The translations under genes were made by a program, and so were the position numbers. Source: an uncultured Erysipelotrichaceae bacterium (GTDB lineage Bacteria; Bacillota_I; Bacilli_A; RF39; UBA660). From it: a DNA stretch of 47,637 nucleotides. The stretch's first letter is position 1; every line of letters begins with the position of its first letter. The notes beneath the pieces are model-generated. The model saw only the letters and a list, made by a program, of their open reading frames with translations, made no database searches and was not told the origin of the DNA. Location of the stretch: NCBI GenBank assembly GCA_902783185.1, contig CACZPQ010000098.1:1-47637 (forward strand). The letters run 5' to 3'. Below are positions 36,243 through 45,524 of this stretch, in pieces.

Positions 36243-37913
36243 ATGAAGAATATTAAGTATTTATTAGCATTTGTATTATTATTTATTTGTAGTATAAGTG
36301 TTGTTAGTGCATCTAATAAATTAAATAAAATATCAATGGATATATTTGTAGATGATGAAGGCAATGCTCATATTACTGAAGTATGGAATGCAAAATTAAG
36401 TGAAGGAACTGAAGGATATCATCCTTACTATAATTTAGGTAATTCTTATATATCTGATTTTAGTGTTACAGATGATAGTGGAACAACTTATACATATAAT
36501 GATAGTTGGAATATAAAATCATCATTTGATACTAAAAAATATACTAATGGTATATATAAAGATGGTAATGAAGTAGATCTTTGTTGGGGTATATCAAAGT
36601 ATGGATCAAGAGTATATACTTTAAAATATACTATTAATAACTTTATATATAATACAAGTGATGGAACTCAAATATTATTTTGGCAATTAATACCATATGA
36701 TATGAAACCAAAACCAAATGATGTATATATAAAAATATATGGTAGTAAAGCATTTGAAAGTACTTTGGATGTATGGGGTTATGGTAATTATGGTGGAACT
36801 GCATATGTATATGATGGATATATTGAAATGCAACCACCAAAAAATGGATTAAAATCAGATGATTACATGACAATATTAGTTAAATTTCCTGAGGGATATT
36901 TTAATACAACTAATAAAATAAATAAGAGTTGGGATGATGTATTTGCTGGAGCTGAAGATGGTTCAACAAAATATGATAAAGATAAAGAAGATTTTTTGGA
37001 AATGATTTGGGGGATACTTAGTGTCTTAATTTGGCCAATAATAATAATATTAATTGCCATTTTTGGTTCTAAATATAGTGGTAGCAACAAAATTAAGAAT
37101 AAAGTATATCCTAAAAAAGATGTATTACCATTTAGAGATTTACCATTTAAAGATAATTTTGGTAGAGCATATCTTATTTCTGATGAATATAAATTATTAA
37201 ATAAGAAAACTGATTATTTAGGTTCATTATTACTTAAATGGATTAAAGAAGATTTAGTTAGTGTAACTACTGAAGAAAAAGGAATATTTAAAAATAAAGA
37301 AACTAAGATAGAATTTAAGAAAAATCCTACAGATCCTCAAGAATTAAAGATGTATAACATGATGAAAGAAGCGGCTAAAGATAATATCTTAGAAACTAAT
37401 GAATTTAAAAAATATTGTTCTAAGCATTATTCTACAGTATTGGGTTGGTTTGATTCTACATTAGCTTATGAATATGGATTATTAAGTAAAGAAACTAAAT
37501 ATATAGGACCAGTAATGGTTAAAAATAAACAAGTAATGGGTGCTACTAATGAATTAAATGAAAAAGCATCCCAAATGGCAGGATTAAAGAAATTCTTTAA
37601 AGAATTTACATCAATGCATGAAAAAACAGCAATTGAGGTTAAAATGTGGAGAGAATATTTAATCTATGCTCAAATATTTGGTATGGCTAAAGAAGTAGCT
37701 AAAGAATTTAAAGATTTATATCCAGATGTTATTAGTGATGATATGTATAATGATGTTATATTAATAAATACATTCTCATACACTGGAGTAAGTGCAGCAT
37801 CAACTGCAAAAGCTAGAGCTGAAAGCTATTCATCAGGTGGTGGAGGATTCTCATCTGGTGGCGGAGGAGGAGGTTCCTTCGGTGGTGGAGGCGGCGGAGG
37901 CGGCTTCCGTTAA
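36243..37913 (+). CDS. DUF2207-family membrane protein with a C-terminal poly-Gly tail
   Basis: Signal peptide, an extracytoplasmic beta-rich domain, a TM helix (ILSVLIWPIIIILIAIFG) and a cytoplasmic domain. The protein ends SSGGGGFSSGGGGGGSFGGGGGGGGFR. Confidence 0.7.
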   Translation: MKNIKYLLAFVLLFICSISVVSASNKLNKISMDIFVDDEGNAHITEVWNAKLSEGTEGYHPYYNLGNSYISDFSVTDDSGTTYTYNDSWNIKSSFDTKKYTNGIYKDGNEVDLCWGISKYGSRVYTLKYTINNFIYNTSDGTQILFWQLIPYDMKPKPNDVYIKIYGSKAFESTLDVWGYGNYGGTAYVYDGYIEMQPPKNGLKSDDYMTILVKFPEGYFNTTNKINKSWDDVFAGAEDGSTKYDKDKEDFLEMIWGILSVLIWPIIIILIAIFGSKYSGSNKIKNKVYPKKDVLPFRDLPFKDNFGRAYLISDEYKLLNKKTDYLGSLLLKWIKEDLVSVTTEEKGIFKNKETKIEFKKNPTDPQELKMYNMMKEAAKDNILETNEFKKYCSKHYSTVLGWFDSTLAYEYGLLSKETKYIGPVMVKNKQVMGATNELNEKASQMAGLKKFFKEFTSMHEKTAIEVKMWREYLIYAQIFGMAKEVAKEFKDLYPDVISDDMYNDVILINTFSYTGVSAASTAKARAESYSSGGGGFSSGGGGGGSFGGGGGGGGFR

Positions 37914-37937
37914 GAAGGTTATACCTTCTTTTTTTGT
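37912..37937 (+). terminator. Rho-independent terminator
   Basis: 8-bp stem aagaaggt/accttctt with a 3-nt loop and a T-run. Confidence 0.7.
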
Positions 37938-37950
37938 AATTTGGCCTTGC

Positions 37951-37960
37951 GGGGGGGGGG
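37951..37960 (+). repeat. G10 homopolymer tract in an intergenic promoter region
   Basis: Read directly. It is the only G or C run longer than 6 in the window. Confidence 0.9.
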
Positions 37961-37994
37961 TCAAAATATGCTATCATTATACTAGGTGGTAGCC

Positions 37995-38972
37995 ATGAAA
38001 CAATTTAATAAAAATAAAGAATTAAAAAAATTAAGAATAAAACAAAATAAAAATACTTATATAAAAAAAATAAGTATAGTTATTTCATGTTTTATATTAT
38101 TAATAGGAATAATCATGTTTACATTTGCTAAGTTTGAGAGTAATAGTTCAGAATATACATTAATAAATGGAAAAGTAAAATATTTAGGTGGAGATATAAA
38201 TATAGTATCATATAATTATGATGGAAGGAATAACAGTGAACCACCAAGTAAAGAAGATGGATACATACTAACGAATATAAATTGTGAAAATGCTCAAGGA
38301 GAATGGGATGATTTAAATTGGGAATTAAATATATCAAATTTAACAAGTAAAGTTAAATGTAATTTAGAATTTGATAAAACAAGTAATTATCAAATAATAA
38401 AATATAATACAAATGGAGGATATTTAGAAGAACAATATAAAAAAGGAGTAGTAGGAGAACAATTAGGAGAATTACCAACACCAATAAAAGTAGGATATAC
38501 ATTTGATGGATGGTATAAGGAATCAACATTTACAAATAAAGTAGAAGAAACAACTATAATAGATCAAACAATAACAAATTTATATGCAAAATATACAGTT
38601 GGTGGTGAAAATATAAATCGTTTAATTTTGGCTGATGATATTGCTAGTGCATATTATTCGGGGTTAACTTTTTATGATTCTGATTTTTTTGATTATGTAA
38701 GTGGTAGTCAAAGAACAGCATATAGTGGAGCAACAAATATAACATTAAAAGCTAAGTTTAGCGGAGAAGTTGTTGTATGGTTTGGAAAGCAAAGTAATGG
38801 AACTTTATCTATAAATGGAGTGTCACAAACGCTTGTAAGTAGTAAAGTTGTTACATTACAAATAAATAGTGGTGATACAGTAAATGTTAATTTTCCTATA
38901 TATTATAATGCACTATTAATGTTTTATAATTGTGATCGAAGTACATGGCAGGGTGGCAATATTGGAGGATAG
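37995..38972 (+). CDS. membrane-anchored surface protein with a Flg_new (Listeria-Bacteroides) repeat
   Basis: N-terminal signal anchor ISIVISCFILLIGIIMFTFA, then IIKYNTNGG...VGYTFDGWYKE...NLYAKY. The start was set at ATG 37995 behind RBS aggtgg. Confidence 0.7.
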   Translation: MKQFNKNKELKKLRIKQNKNTYIKKISIVISCFILLIGIIMFTFAKFESNSSEYTLINGKVKYLGGDINIVSYNYDGRNNSEPPSKEDGYILTNINCENAQGEWDDLNWELNISNLTSKVKCNLEFDKTSNYQIIKYNTNGGYLEEQYKKGVVGEQLGELPTPIKVGYTFDGWYKESTFTNKVEETTIIDQTITNLYAKYTVGGENINRLILADDIASAYYSGLTFYDSDFFDYVSGSQRTAYSGATNITLKAKFSGEVVVWFGKQSNGTLSINGVSQTLVSSKVVTLQINSGDTVNVNFPIYYNALLMFYNCDRSTWQGGNIGG

Positions 38973-39038
38973 TCAATAACTTTCTTTAGAAATTGAATAA
39001 ATAAAAAATCAAAAGTATTAATAAACTATCGGATAGTT

Positions 39039-39066
39039 AAAAAAGTGTTATATTAACACTTTTTTT
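39039..39066. terminator. bidirectional terminator
   Basis: Stem agtgtta/taacact with a 3-nt loop, an A-run on the left and a T-run on the right. Confidence 0.55.
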
Positions 39067-39745
39067 CTTTTATAAATGCTCTTAATATTTTAGTTAATGC
39101 TCTTTTTTCAATTCTTGATACATAACTTCTTGATATTTTTAATTCTTTAGCAATATCTTTTTGAGTCATTTCTTTAGTATTATTTAAACCATATCTTTTT
39201 ATTATTATTTCTTTTTCTCTCTTATTTAGTTTATCTATATATTTATTTAATAAATCAACATTTTCTTTTAGATATACTTTATCTTCTAAGGTATTATCAG
39301 TATCTTCAATAACATCTATTAGACTAATAGCATTACCATCTTTATCATAACCAATAGTATCATCTAAAGAAACATTATTTTTATATTTCTTTGTTGTCCT
39401 AAAAAACATCAACACTTCGTTTTCTATACAGCGACTCACATATGTTCCAACTTTAACATTTCTTTCATTACTATATGAATCTATTCCTTTAATTAAGCCA
39501 ATAGTACCAATACCTATTAAATCATCTTGATCGACATTGCTGTTTTCAAACTTTTTAACTATATGAGCAACTAATCTTAAATTATGTTCTATTAAAGAAT
39601 TTCTTGCATTTTTATCACCATTTAGCATTTTATTTACTAGAGTTTGTTCTTCTTCATATGATAATGGATCTAAAAATACTGTATTTGAATAACTACCAGT
39701 TAAAAAGAATGTATTTTTAATAATTTCAATTAACCAACTTAACAT
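39053..39745 (-). CDS. sigK: sporulation-type sigma factor, SigK-like (with a pro-sequence)
   Basis: LIEHNLRLVAHIVKKFENS, DLIGIGTIGLIKGIDSY and CIENEVLMFFR are near-identical to SigK signatures. The N-terminal FFLTGSYSNTVFLDPLS aligns with the pro-SigK cleavage region. Confidence 0.7.
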   Translation of the reverse strand: MLSWLIEIIKNTFFLTGSYSNTVFLDPLSYEEEQTLVNKMLNGDKNARNSLIEHNLRLVAHIVKKFENSNVDQDDLIGIGTIGLIKGIDSYSNERNVKVGTYVSRCIENEVLMFFRTTKKYKNNVSLDDTIGYDKDGNAISLIDVIEDTDNTLEDKVYLKENVDLLNKYIDKLNKREKEIIIKRYGLNNTKEMTQKDIAKELKISRSYVSRIEKRALTKILRAFIKEKKC

Positions 39746-39813
39746 TTAATCACCTTAATTAATTTTATTTTATTTATTGTAATTTCATGATAAAATATAT
39801 ATGGTGATATGAA

Positions 39814-40362
39814 ATGAAAAGGGTAAGAATATTAGTATTAATATTTGCATTAATAATGCTGTGTGGTTGTGATAATAAATTTCAAGGAACTTGGTGTAAA
39901 TATAATGATGTAGCAACTACGTTAGTTATTTTAACTAATGATATTAGTGATAATCAAATAAAAGAAATTACAAATTATATTAATAAAATTGAAAACTTAA
40001 AATCATATGATATTATTGATAAAATTGAAGATGCATCAAAGATGATTACAATTTATTATAAAAATGATGATAATATTTTAGAATATGAAAAAATGATTAA
40101 AACATTTACTGGTATTGATTCAGTTAAATCTACTAAGGTAAATGAAGTAGTAGATAAATTGGTTGTTAAAAAAGAAGATTATACATTAGGTAGATCTTTA
40201 AATAATTTAACTGCTAATGAAATGAGTGGTAAATATAAAATTGAAAATGATGAATTATTACTTGATGATGGAGTTAAATTTTATTATAAAAATAAATATT
40301 TATGTTATGACGAATATTGTAATAGTGTTTTAACTAAATCTAAAACTAATGACTGTGGATAG
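39814..40362 (+). CDS. putative lipoprotein
   Basis: Signal peptide ending with the lipobox-like sequence LIMLCGC. Confidence 0.55.
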   Translation: MKRVRILVLIFALIMLCGCDNKFQGTWCKYNDVATTLVILTNDISDNQIKEITNYINKIENLKSYDIIDKIEDASKMITIYYKNDDNILEYEKMIKTFTGIDSVKSTKVNEVVDKLVVKKEDYTLGRSLNNLTANEMSGKYKIENDELLLDDGVKFYYKNKYLCYDEYCNSVLTKSKTNDCG

Positions 40363-40374
40363 GAAGTGATAAGT

Positions 40375-40899
40375 ATGAATAATTTTATTCCAGATATATA
40401 TGCTAAGAATATATTTAATATTGATTATAAAAAATTAAAAAAAGATGGAATAAAATGTATATTATTTGATCTTGATAATACAATAACTCCATTAACTGAA
40501 AATGAACCATCTAAAGATGTTAAAGAGTTATTTGCATATATTGATGATTTAAATATAAAAATAATTATTCTATCCAATAGTAAAAAGAAAAGAGTAGCTC
40601 CATTTAAAGAAATCTTAAATGTAGATTCTGCTTATATGTCTATGAAACCATTAAAAAGAAAATTTAAAAAGGTTTTAGGAATGTTTAACTTAGATTTTAG
40701 TGAAGCAGCACTAATAGGTGATCAGGTATTAACTGATGTTTTAGGTGCTAATAGATGTGGTATAACATCAATACTTGTTGATCCCCTAACTGATGAAGAT
40801 AAATTTTTAACAAAAATAAATAGAAAGTTTGAAAGAATAATATTAAATAAACTAAAGAAGAAAGGTATATATGAAAAAGGAAAGTACTATCATAATTAA
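40375..40899 (+). CDS. yqeG: YqeG-family HAD phosphatase
   Basis: The ILFDLDNTI (DxD) and IGDQVLTDVLGANRCGITSILVDPL motifs are present. Confidence 0.8.
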   Translation: MNNFIPDIYAKNIFNIDYKKLKKDGIKCILFDLDNTITPLTENEPSKDVKELFAYIDDLNIKIIILSNSKKKRVAPFKEILNVDSAYMSMKPLKRKFKKVLGMFNLDFSEAALIGDQVLTDVLGANRCGITSILVDPLTDEDKFLTKINRKFERIILNKLKKKGIYEKGKYYHN

Positions 40900-41860
40900 A
40901 AAATGTTTAGGCTGTGGGTCTGTAATGCAAAACGAGGATAATTCAAAAGTGGGTTATGTTCCATATGAACATATTGAAGAAGCAGATTATTGTCAAAGAT
41001 GTTTTAAATTAAAAAACTATAATGAAAAAGTAATGAATGAAGTATTAGTTGATGAAAATGAAGTAATTGATATTGTTAATAAAAGCAATAAATATGCTTT
41101 TTTTCTAGTAGATTTTTTAAATATATCTAATGAAACAATTAATACTTACAAAAAGATTAGTATAGATAAAACATTAGTTATTTCAAAGAGTGATTTAATA
41201 TTTAGAGATATTAAATTAGATAAGGTTAAAGAAAATTTAAAAAATATATATAATCTTGATGATAATATAATATTTTTAAGTTCAAAAAAGAATTATAATA
41301 TAAATACTATATTTGCTATATTAAAGAAAAATAATAAAAAGAGTAGTTATATATTAGGCTATACAAATGCTGGTAAATCAACTTTAATTAATAGTTTAAA
41401 AAATGATAATCAAATATTAGAATCATCAGTACCTAATACAACACTAGATTTTATTAATATAAAAATAAATGATTTTGAAATAATTGATACTCCTGGTTTT
41501 AATTTGAAAAATACATTTTATAAGGATAAAGAATATGAATTAATCAAAAAGATGAATCCAGTATATTTTGTTAGTCCAATGAATTATCAAGTTAAAGATA
41601 ATCAAATATTTTTAATCGAGGATAGATTATTTTTAAAAGGGTTTGATAATAATAATATTACTTTTTATATTAGTAATTTAATTAGAATTAAAAAAATATA
41701 TAAAGATGAAGATATTATTTATAAGGAAATAGATATTGATGATAATTCAGATGTTGTTATATCTTCACTTGGATTTATTAATGTTAAAAAGAAATGTAAA
41801 TTATTAGTTAATGAAGAATTATTTGATTTAATTAATATTAGAAAATCAATATTTAATTAG
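40871..41860 (+). CDS. yqeH: ribosome-biogenesis GTPase YqeH (circularly permuted)
   Basis: N-terminal Zn ribbon CLGCG...CQRCF. The motif order is SKSD (G4), then GYTNAGKSTLIN (G1), then DTPG (G3). Confidence 0.8.
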   Translation: MKKESTIIIKKCLGCGSVMQNEDNSKVGYVPYEHIEEADYCQRCFKLKNYNEKVMNEVLVDENEVIDIVNKSNKYAFFLVDFLNISNETINTYKKISIDKTLVISKSDLIFRDIKLDKVKENLKNIYNLDDNIIFLSSKKNYNINTIFAILKKNNKKSSYILGYTNAGKSTLINSLKNDNQILESSVPNTTLDFINIKINDFEIIDTPGFNLKNTFYKDKEYELIKKMNPVYFVSPMNYQVKDNQIFLIEDRLFLKGFDNNNITFYISNLIRIKKIYKDEDIIYKEIDIDDNSDVVISSLGFINVKKKCKLLVNEELFDLINIRKSIFN

Positions 41861-41882
41861 TTATTATTAAAGGGTGGTAGTA

Positions 41883-43658
41883 ATGAGTAAAATACATGTT
41901 ATGTCAGAAAATTTAGCAAATAAAATATCTGCTGGTGAAGTAGTTGAAAGAGTTGCATCAGTTGTTAAAGAACTAGTTGAAAATGCAATTGATGCAGATG
42001 CTAAAGAAATTGATGTTGAACTAAAAAATAGTGGTTTGAATTCTATTGTTGTAATTGATAATGGAAATGGCATGGATGAAGATGATGCTCATCTTGCTTT
42101 TTCTCGTCATGCTACTTCAAAACTAAATAAAGAAGATGATTTATTCTTTATTAATACACTAGGATTTAGAGGTGAGGCACTACCATCAATTGCAAGTGTA
42201 TCAGAAGTTGATATTATAACATCTCAAGGTAAAGTTGGAACACACCTTAAAATAAAAGGTGGTAAATTATTAGTAGATGAAAAATCTGATGCAAGAAAAG
42301 GAACAAGAATTGAAGTTACTAATTTATTCTATAATACACCAGCTCGTCTTAAATTTTTAAATTCAGAAGTAACTGAATTAGCTAATGTTACATCATTCAT
42401 TGAAAAATTAGCTTTATCTCGTCCTGATATTAGATTTAGTTTAAAAAATAATGATAATTTAATAGTAAAAACAAGTGGATCAAATGATTTAAAGAAAACT
42501 ATTCATGAAATATATGGACTTCAAATATCATCCAAGTTAATAGAAATTAATGCATCTAATGATGATTATGATATCTCAGGTTATATTTGTAAACCTGAAA
42601 TATTAAAATCTAATCGTAATTATATGATTACTATTGTTAATGGTAGAGTAGTAAAAAATATTGATATAAATAAAGCTATAAATGATGCGTATTATACATA
42701 TAAACCTGATATTAAATATCCAATAGTTATATTAAATATATATACTGATCCAACACTAATTGATGTTAATATTCATCCTACTAAACAAGATATAAAAATT
42801 TCTAAAATAAAGGATTTATATTCATTAATAAATGATACTATAAAAGATGCATTATATAATAATTTATTAATACCAGATGCAACTCTTAGAGTAAGTCCTA
42901 ACTTTAAAGTAAATAATGAAATATTATCTGATGTTTTAAAAGAAAATAATATTGAAGAAGAAAAACATGAAAAAATTAATTTAACTGATGATCATGCCAT
43001 TGTTGGGCAAACAACACTAGACTTAGGTGATTCTAAAGAAGATGATAATGTAGTTATAAATTCTGAAATGAAAAATTTAGTTTTATATCCTATAGGACAA
43101 GCTAATGGAACATATATTTTAGCAGAAAATGATGAAGGTTTTTATCTAATTGATCAACATGCTGCTGAAGAAAGAGTTAATTATGAAAAAATTCAAAAGT
43201 CATTAAAAGATAAAAAGGTAAATACAATTGAACCATTAATTCCAGTTACAATTGAATTATCTAAAAGTGATGCAATAATATTAAATAAAAATATAGATTA
43301 TTTAAAAACTTTAGGGTTTAATATTGAGGAATTTGGTGTGAATACATTCGTGGTTAAAGAAGAACCTATATGGTTAAAATCTGATTATGAAGAATTAACA
43401 ATTAGGGAAGTAATTGAACAAGTTATTCAAAAAGGAAATGATTTTGATCCATTAAGATTTAATGATCATATAATAAAAACTGCAGCTTGTAAAATGTCAA
43501 TTAAAGCAAACACTAAAATGAGTTTGGATGCTATGAAAATATTGCTAGATGAATTAGTTTTATGTGATAATCCATATAATTGTTGTCATGGAAGACCAAC
43601 AATAATTAAGTTTAGTAATTATGATTTAGAAAGAATGTTTAAAAGATCAATGAATTAA
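41883..43658 (+). CDS. mutL: DNA mismatch repair protein MutL
   Basis: LANKISAGEVVERVASVVKELVENAIDA, DNGNGM and GFRGEALPSI mark the GHKL ATPase. The C-terminal QHAAEERVNYE region is also present. Confidence 0.9.
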   Translation: MSKIHVMSENLANKISAGEVVERVASVVKELVENAIDADAKEIDVELKNSGLNSIVVIDNGNGMDEDDAHLAFSRHATSKLNKEDDLFFINTLGFRGEALPSIASVSEVDIITSQGKVGTHLKIKGGKLLVDEKSDARKGTRIEVTNLFYNTPARLKFLNSEVTELANVTSFIEKLALSRPDIRFSLKNNDNLIVKTSGSNDLKKTIHEIYGLQISSKLIEINASNDDYDISGYICKPEILKSNRNYMITIVNGRVVKNIDINKAINDAYYTYKPDIKYPIVILNIYTDPTLIDVNIHPTKQDIKISKIKDLYSLINDTIKDALYNNLLIPDATLRVSPNFKVNNEILSDVLKENNIEEEKHEKINLTDDHAIVGQTTLDLGDSKEDDNVVINSEMKNLVLYPIGQANGTYILAENDEGFYLIDQHAAEERVNYEKIQKSLKDKKVNTIEPLIPVTIELSKSDAIILNKNIDYLKTLGFNIEEFGVNTFVVKEEPIWLKSDYEELTIREVIEQVIQKGNDFDPLRFNDHIIKTAACKMSIKANTKMSLDAMKILLDELVLCDNPYNCCHGRPTIIKFSNYDLERMFKRSMN

Positions 43659-43682
43659 AAATAGAATAGTTATATTACTATT

Positions 43683-44210
43683 CTATTTTATATTGTTTAT
43701 AATTGATATTACTTTTCCATATATTTTATTTATATTAGTATTGTAATAATTAATTATTATTTCTTCATTAACTAATGCTACAACTAAATCTTTTTCATTA
43801 TAGGAATCATAAGTATTATAAATAATAAATTGATTATAATATTTACTTGATGGATTAGTTATTTTTAATATAAATGAATCTTTATTAATATTAAATAATT
43901 TATTTGATAATTTAATATAATCAATATTATTATAATCATTATTTAAAAGATTAAATTCATGTATTAAAGGTATATTTAACATTAGTTCATTATTTATAAT
44001 TTCAATAGTTCTAAATTTATTATTAGTTTTTTTAATATAACCTTTATTAACGAGTGTTTTAATATGAGAAAAAACTGTTGAAGATGATGAAATGTTATTA
44101 CCTTTACATATTTCTCTTATTGATGGTGAATAACCATTAATAGATATATATTTCTTTATAAAATTTAATATTTCTAATTGTCTTTTTGTTAAATCTAAAG
44201 ATTCATTCAT
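43683..44210 (-). CDS. LexA-like repressor with a degenerate S24 peptidase domain
   Basis: The N-terminal wHTH LTKRQLEILNFIKKYISINGYSPSIREICKGNNISSSSTVFSHIKTLVNKGYI is LexA-like. The C-terminal half aligns to S24 but lacks the Ala-Gly cleavage site and the catalytic Lys. The start was set at the third ATG, behind GGTGAT. Confidence 0.65.
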   Translation of the reverse strand: MNESLDLTKRQLEILNFIKKYISINGYSPSIREICKGNNISSSSTVFSHIKTLVNKGYIKKTNNKFRTIEIINNELMLNIPLIHEFNLLNNDYNNIDYIKLSNKLFNINKDSFILKITNPSSKYYNQFIIYNTYDSYNEKDLVVALVNEEIIINYYNTNINKIYGKVISIINNIK

Positions 44211-44310
44211 TAATATCACCATAATATATAATAACATTTAATAATAATAATTTACACTATAACTTGAAATTTTTATTAAATTTACATATAATTTATATAG
44301 GAGAATAAAT

Positions 44311-45444
44311 ATGAAAAAGAAAGTATTAGTATTATATGCATCATATGGTAGTGGTCATAAATCCATTGCTAATTATGTTGCAGAGTATATAAAAAAAGAG
44401 GATAAAAATGTGGAAGTGGCTACACTTGATATATTAACTTATTCAATGAGAGTAATTGGAAGTATATCACAAAAGATTAATTCGTTTTTTATGTTAAAAA
44501 CTCCAGTTATACATAATTTCTTTTATAATTTAACAAGTACTAAACTTGGTGGGGATGTAATTGATTCTATATCAACACAAATATTTAAAAATAAAAGAAT
44601 GGAAAATGCAATAAAGAAATTTAATCCTGATTTAATTGTTGCTACACATTTCTTTGGACCAAGTTTAGCAAAATATTATAATGATAAGGGTATTATAAAT
44701 GCTAAGGTTATTACTATTGTAACAGATTATGATGTAATTGAATTATGGATGAAATATCATGAAGATGTTAGTTATTTTGTAGTAGCAAATAAATATATGA
44801 AAAAAGATTTAATTAAAAGAGGAGTAGATAAAAATAAAATTAAAGAATTTGGTATTCCTATTATGCCAAATATTAATTCTAAATTTAATAAAAAAGAGTA
44901 TTTAAAAAAATACAATTTAACTGGTAAAAATAAAATATGTATCTTCTTTGGTGGAGGAGGTAATGGTTCTTCAAAAACTTTACCATATATTAAAAAGGTT
45001 GCAAAATCTAATCCCAAATTAGATATTATATTTGTTGCTGGAAAGAATGAATATAGTAAAACAGTTGTAGATGATTTTGTTGCAAATAATGGATTAGAAA
45101 ATGTTAGAACAATTGGTTTTGCAACTAATGTACCAGATCTATTAGAACTATGTGATTTTGTTATTTCAAAACCTGGTGGTATCCAGCTTACTGAATGCTT
45201 GTATTTTAAGAAACCTGTACTAATGATTAGACATTCTGGTGGTCAAGAAATTGCCAACTATAAATATTTTGAAAAAGAAGGTTTTGGAATGTTTTTTAAA
45301 ACAAGATGGGGTTTAAATAAACATGTTAAAGCAATATTAAATAATGATAAAATATTGAAAAAATATAGTGAAAATATGAATAAAAAATGTAACAATAACG
45401 ATTCAATTGAAAAAGTATATGATTTAATTAAAAATATATTGTAA
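44311..45444 (+). CDS. MGDG-synthase/UgtP-like diacylglycerol glycosyltransferase (GT28)
   Basis: N-terminal KVLVLYASYGSGHKSIA, with C-terminal SKPGGIQLTE and GQEIAN motifs. Confidence 0.75.
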   Translation: MKKKVLVLYASYGSGHKSIANYVAEYIKKEDKNVEVATLDILTYSMRVIGSISQKINSFFMLKTPVIHNFFYNLTSTKLGGDVIDSISTQIFKNKRMENAIKKFNPDLIVATHFFGPSLAKYYNDKGIINAKVITIVTDYDVIELWMKYHEDVSYFVVANKYMKKDLIKRGVDKNKIKEFGIPIMPNINSKFNKKEYLKKYNLTGKNKICIFFGGGGNGSSKTLPYIKKVAKSNPKLDIIFVAGKNEYSKTVVDDFVANNGLENVRTIGFATNVPDLLELCDFVISKPGGIQLTECLYFKKPVLMIRHSGGQEIANYKYFEKEGFGMFFKTRWGLNKHVKAILNNDKILKKYSENMNKKCNNNDSIEKVYDLIKNIL

Positions 45445-45524
45445 ATAAGTTAATAAAGTCTATTTAAAAAATAGATTTTTTTAATTTTTCATGGTATATT
45501 AATAATAGTAGGGTGATGTGTGAT

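Noticed and set aside
37835-37910. GC-rich stretch considered as the missing DGR template repeat or another structured RNA.
   Set aside because: It is a run of Gly codons (ggt/gga/ggc) in frame in the DUF2207 ORF and has no similarity to 181-330.
37792-37992. 66-aa ORF spanning the end of the DUF2207 gene, the terminator and the poly-G tract.
   Set aside because: It is out of frame with the Gly-tail ORF and reads through a terminator hairpin and a promoter. It is not credible as a gene.
41883-43658. mutL without an adjacent mutS considered as a possible orphan repair gene.
   Set aside because: mutS may simply lie elsewhere in the genome. This cannot be evaluated from the window.
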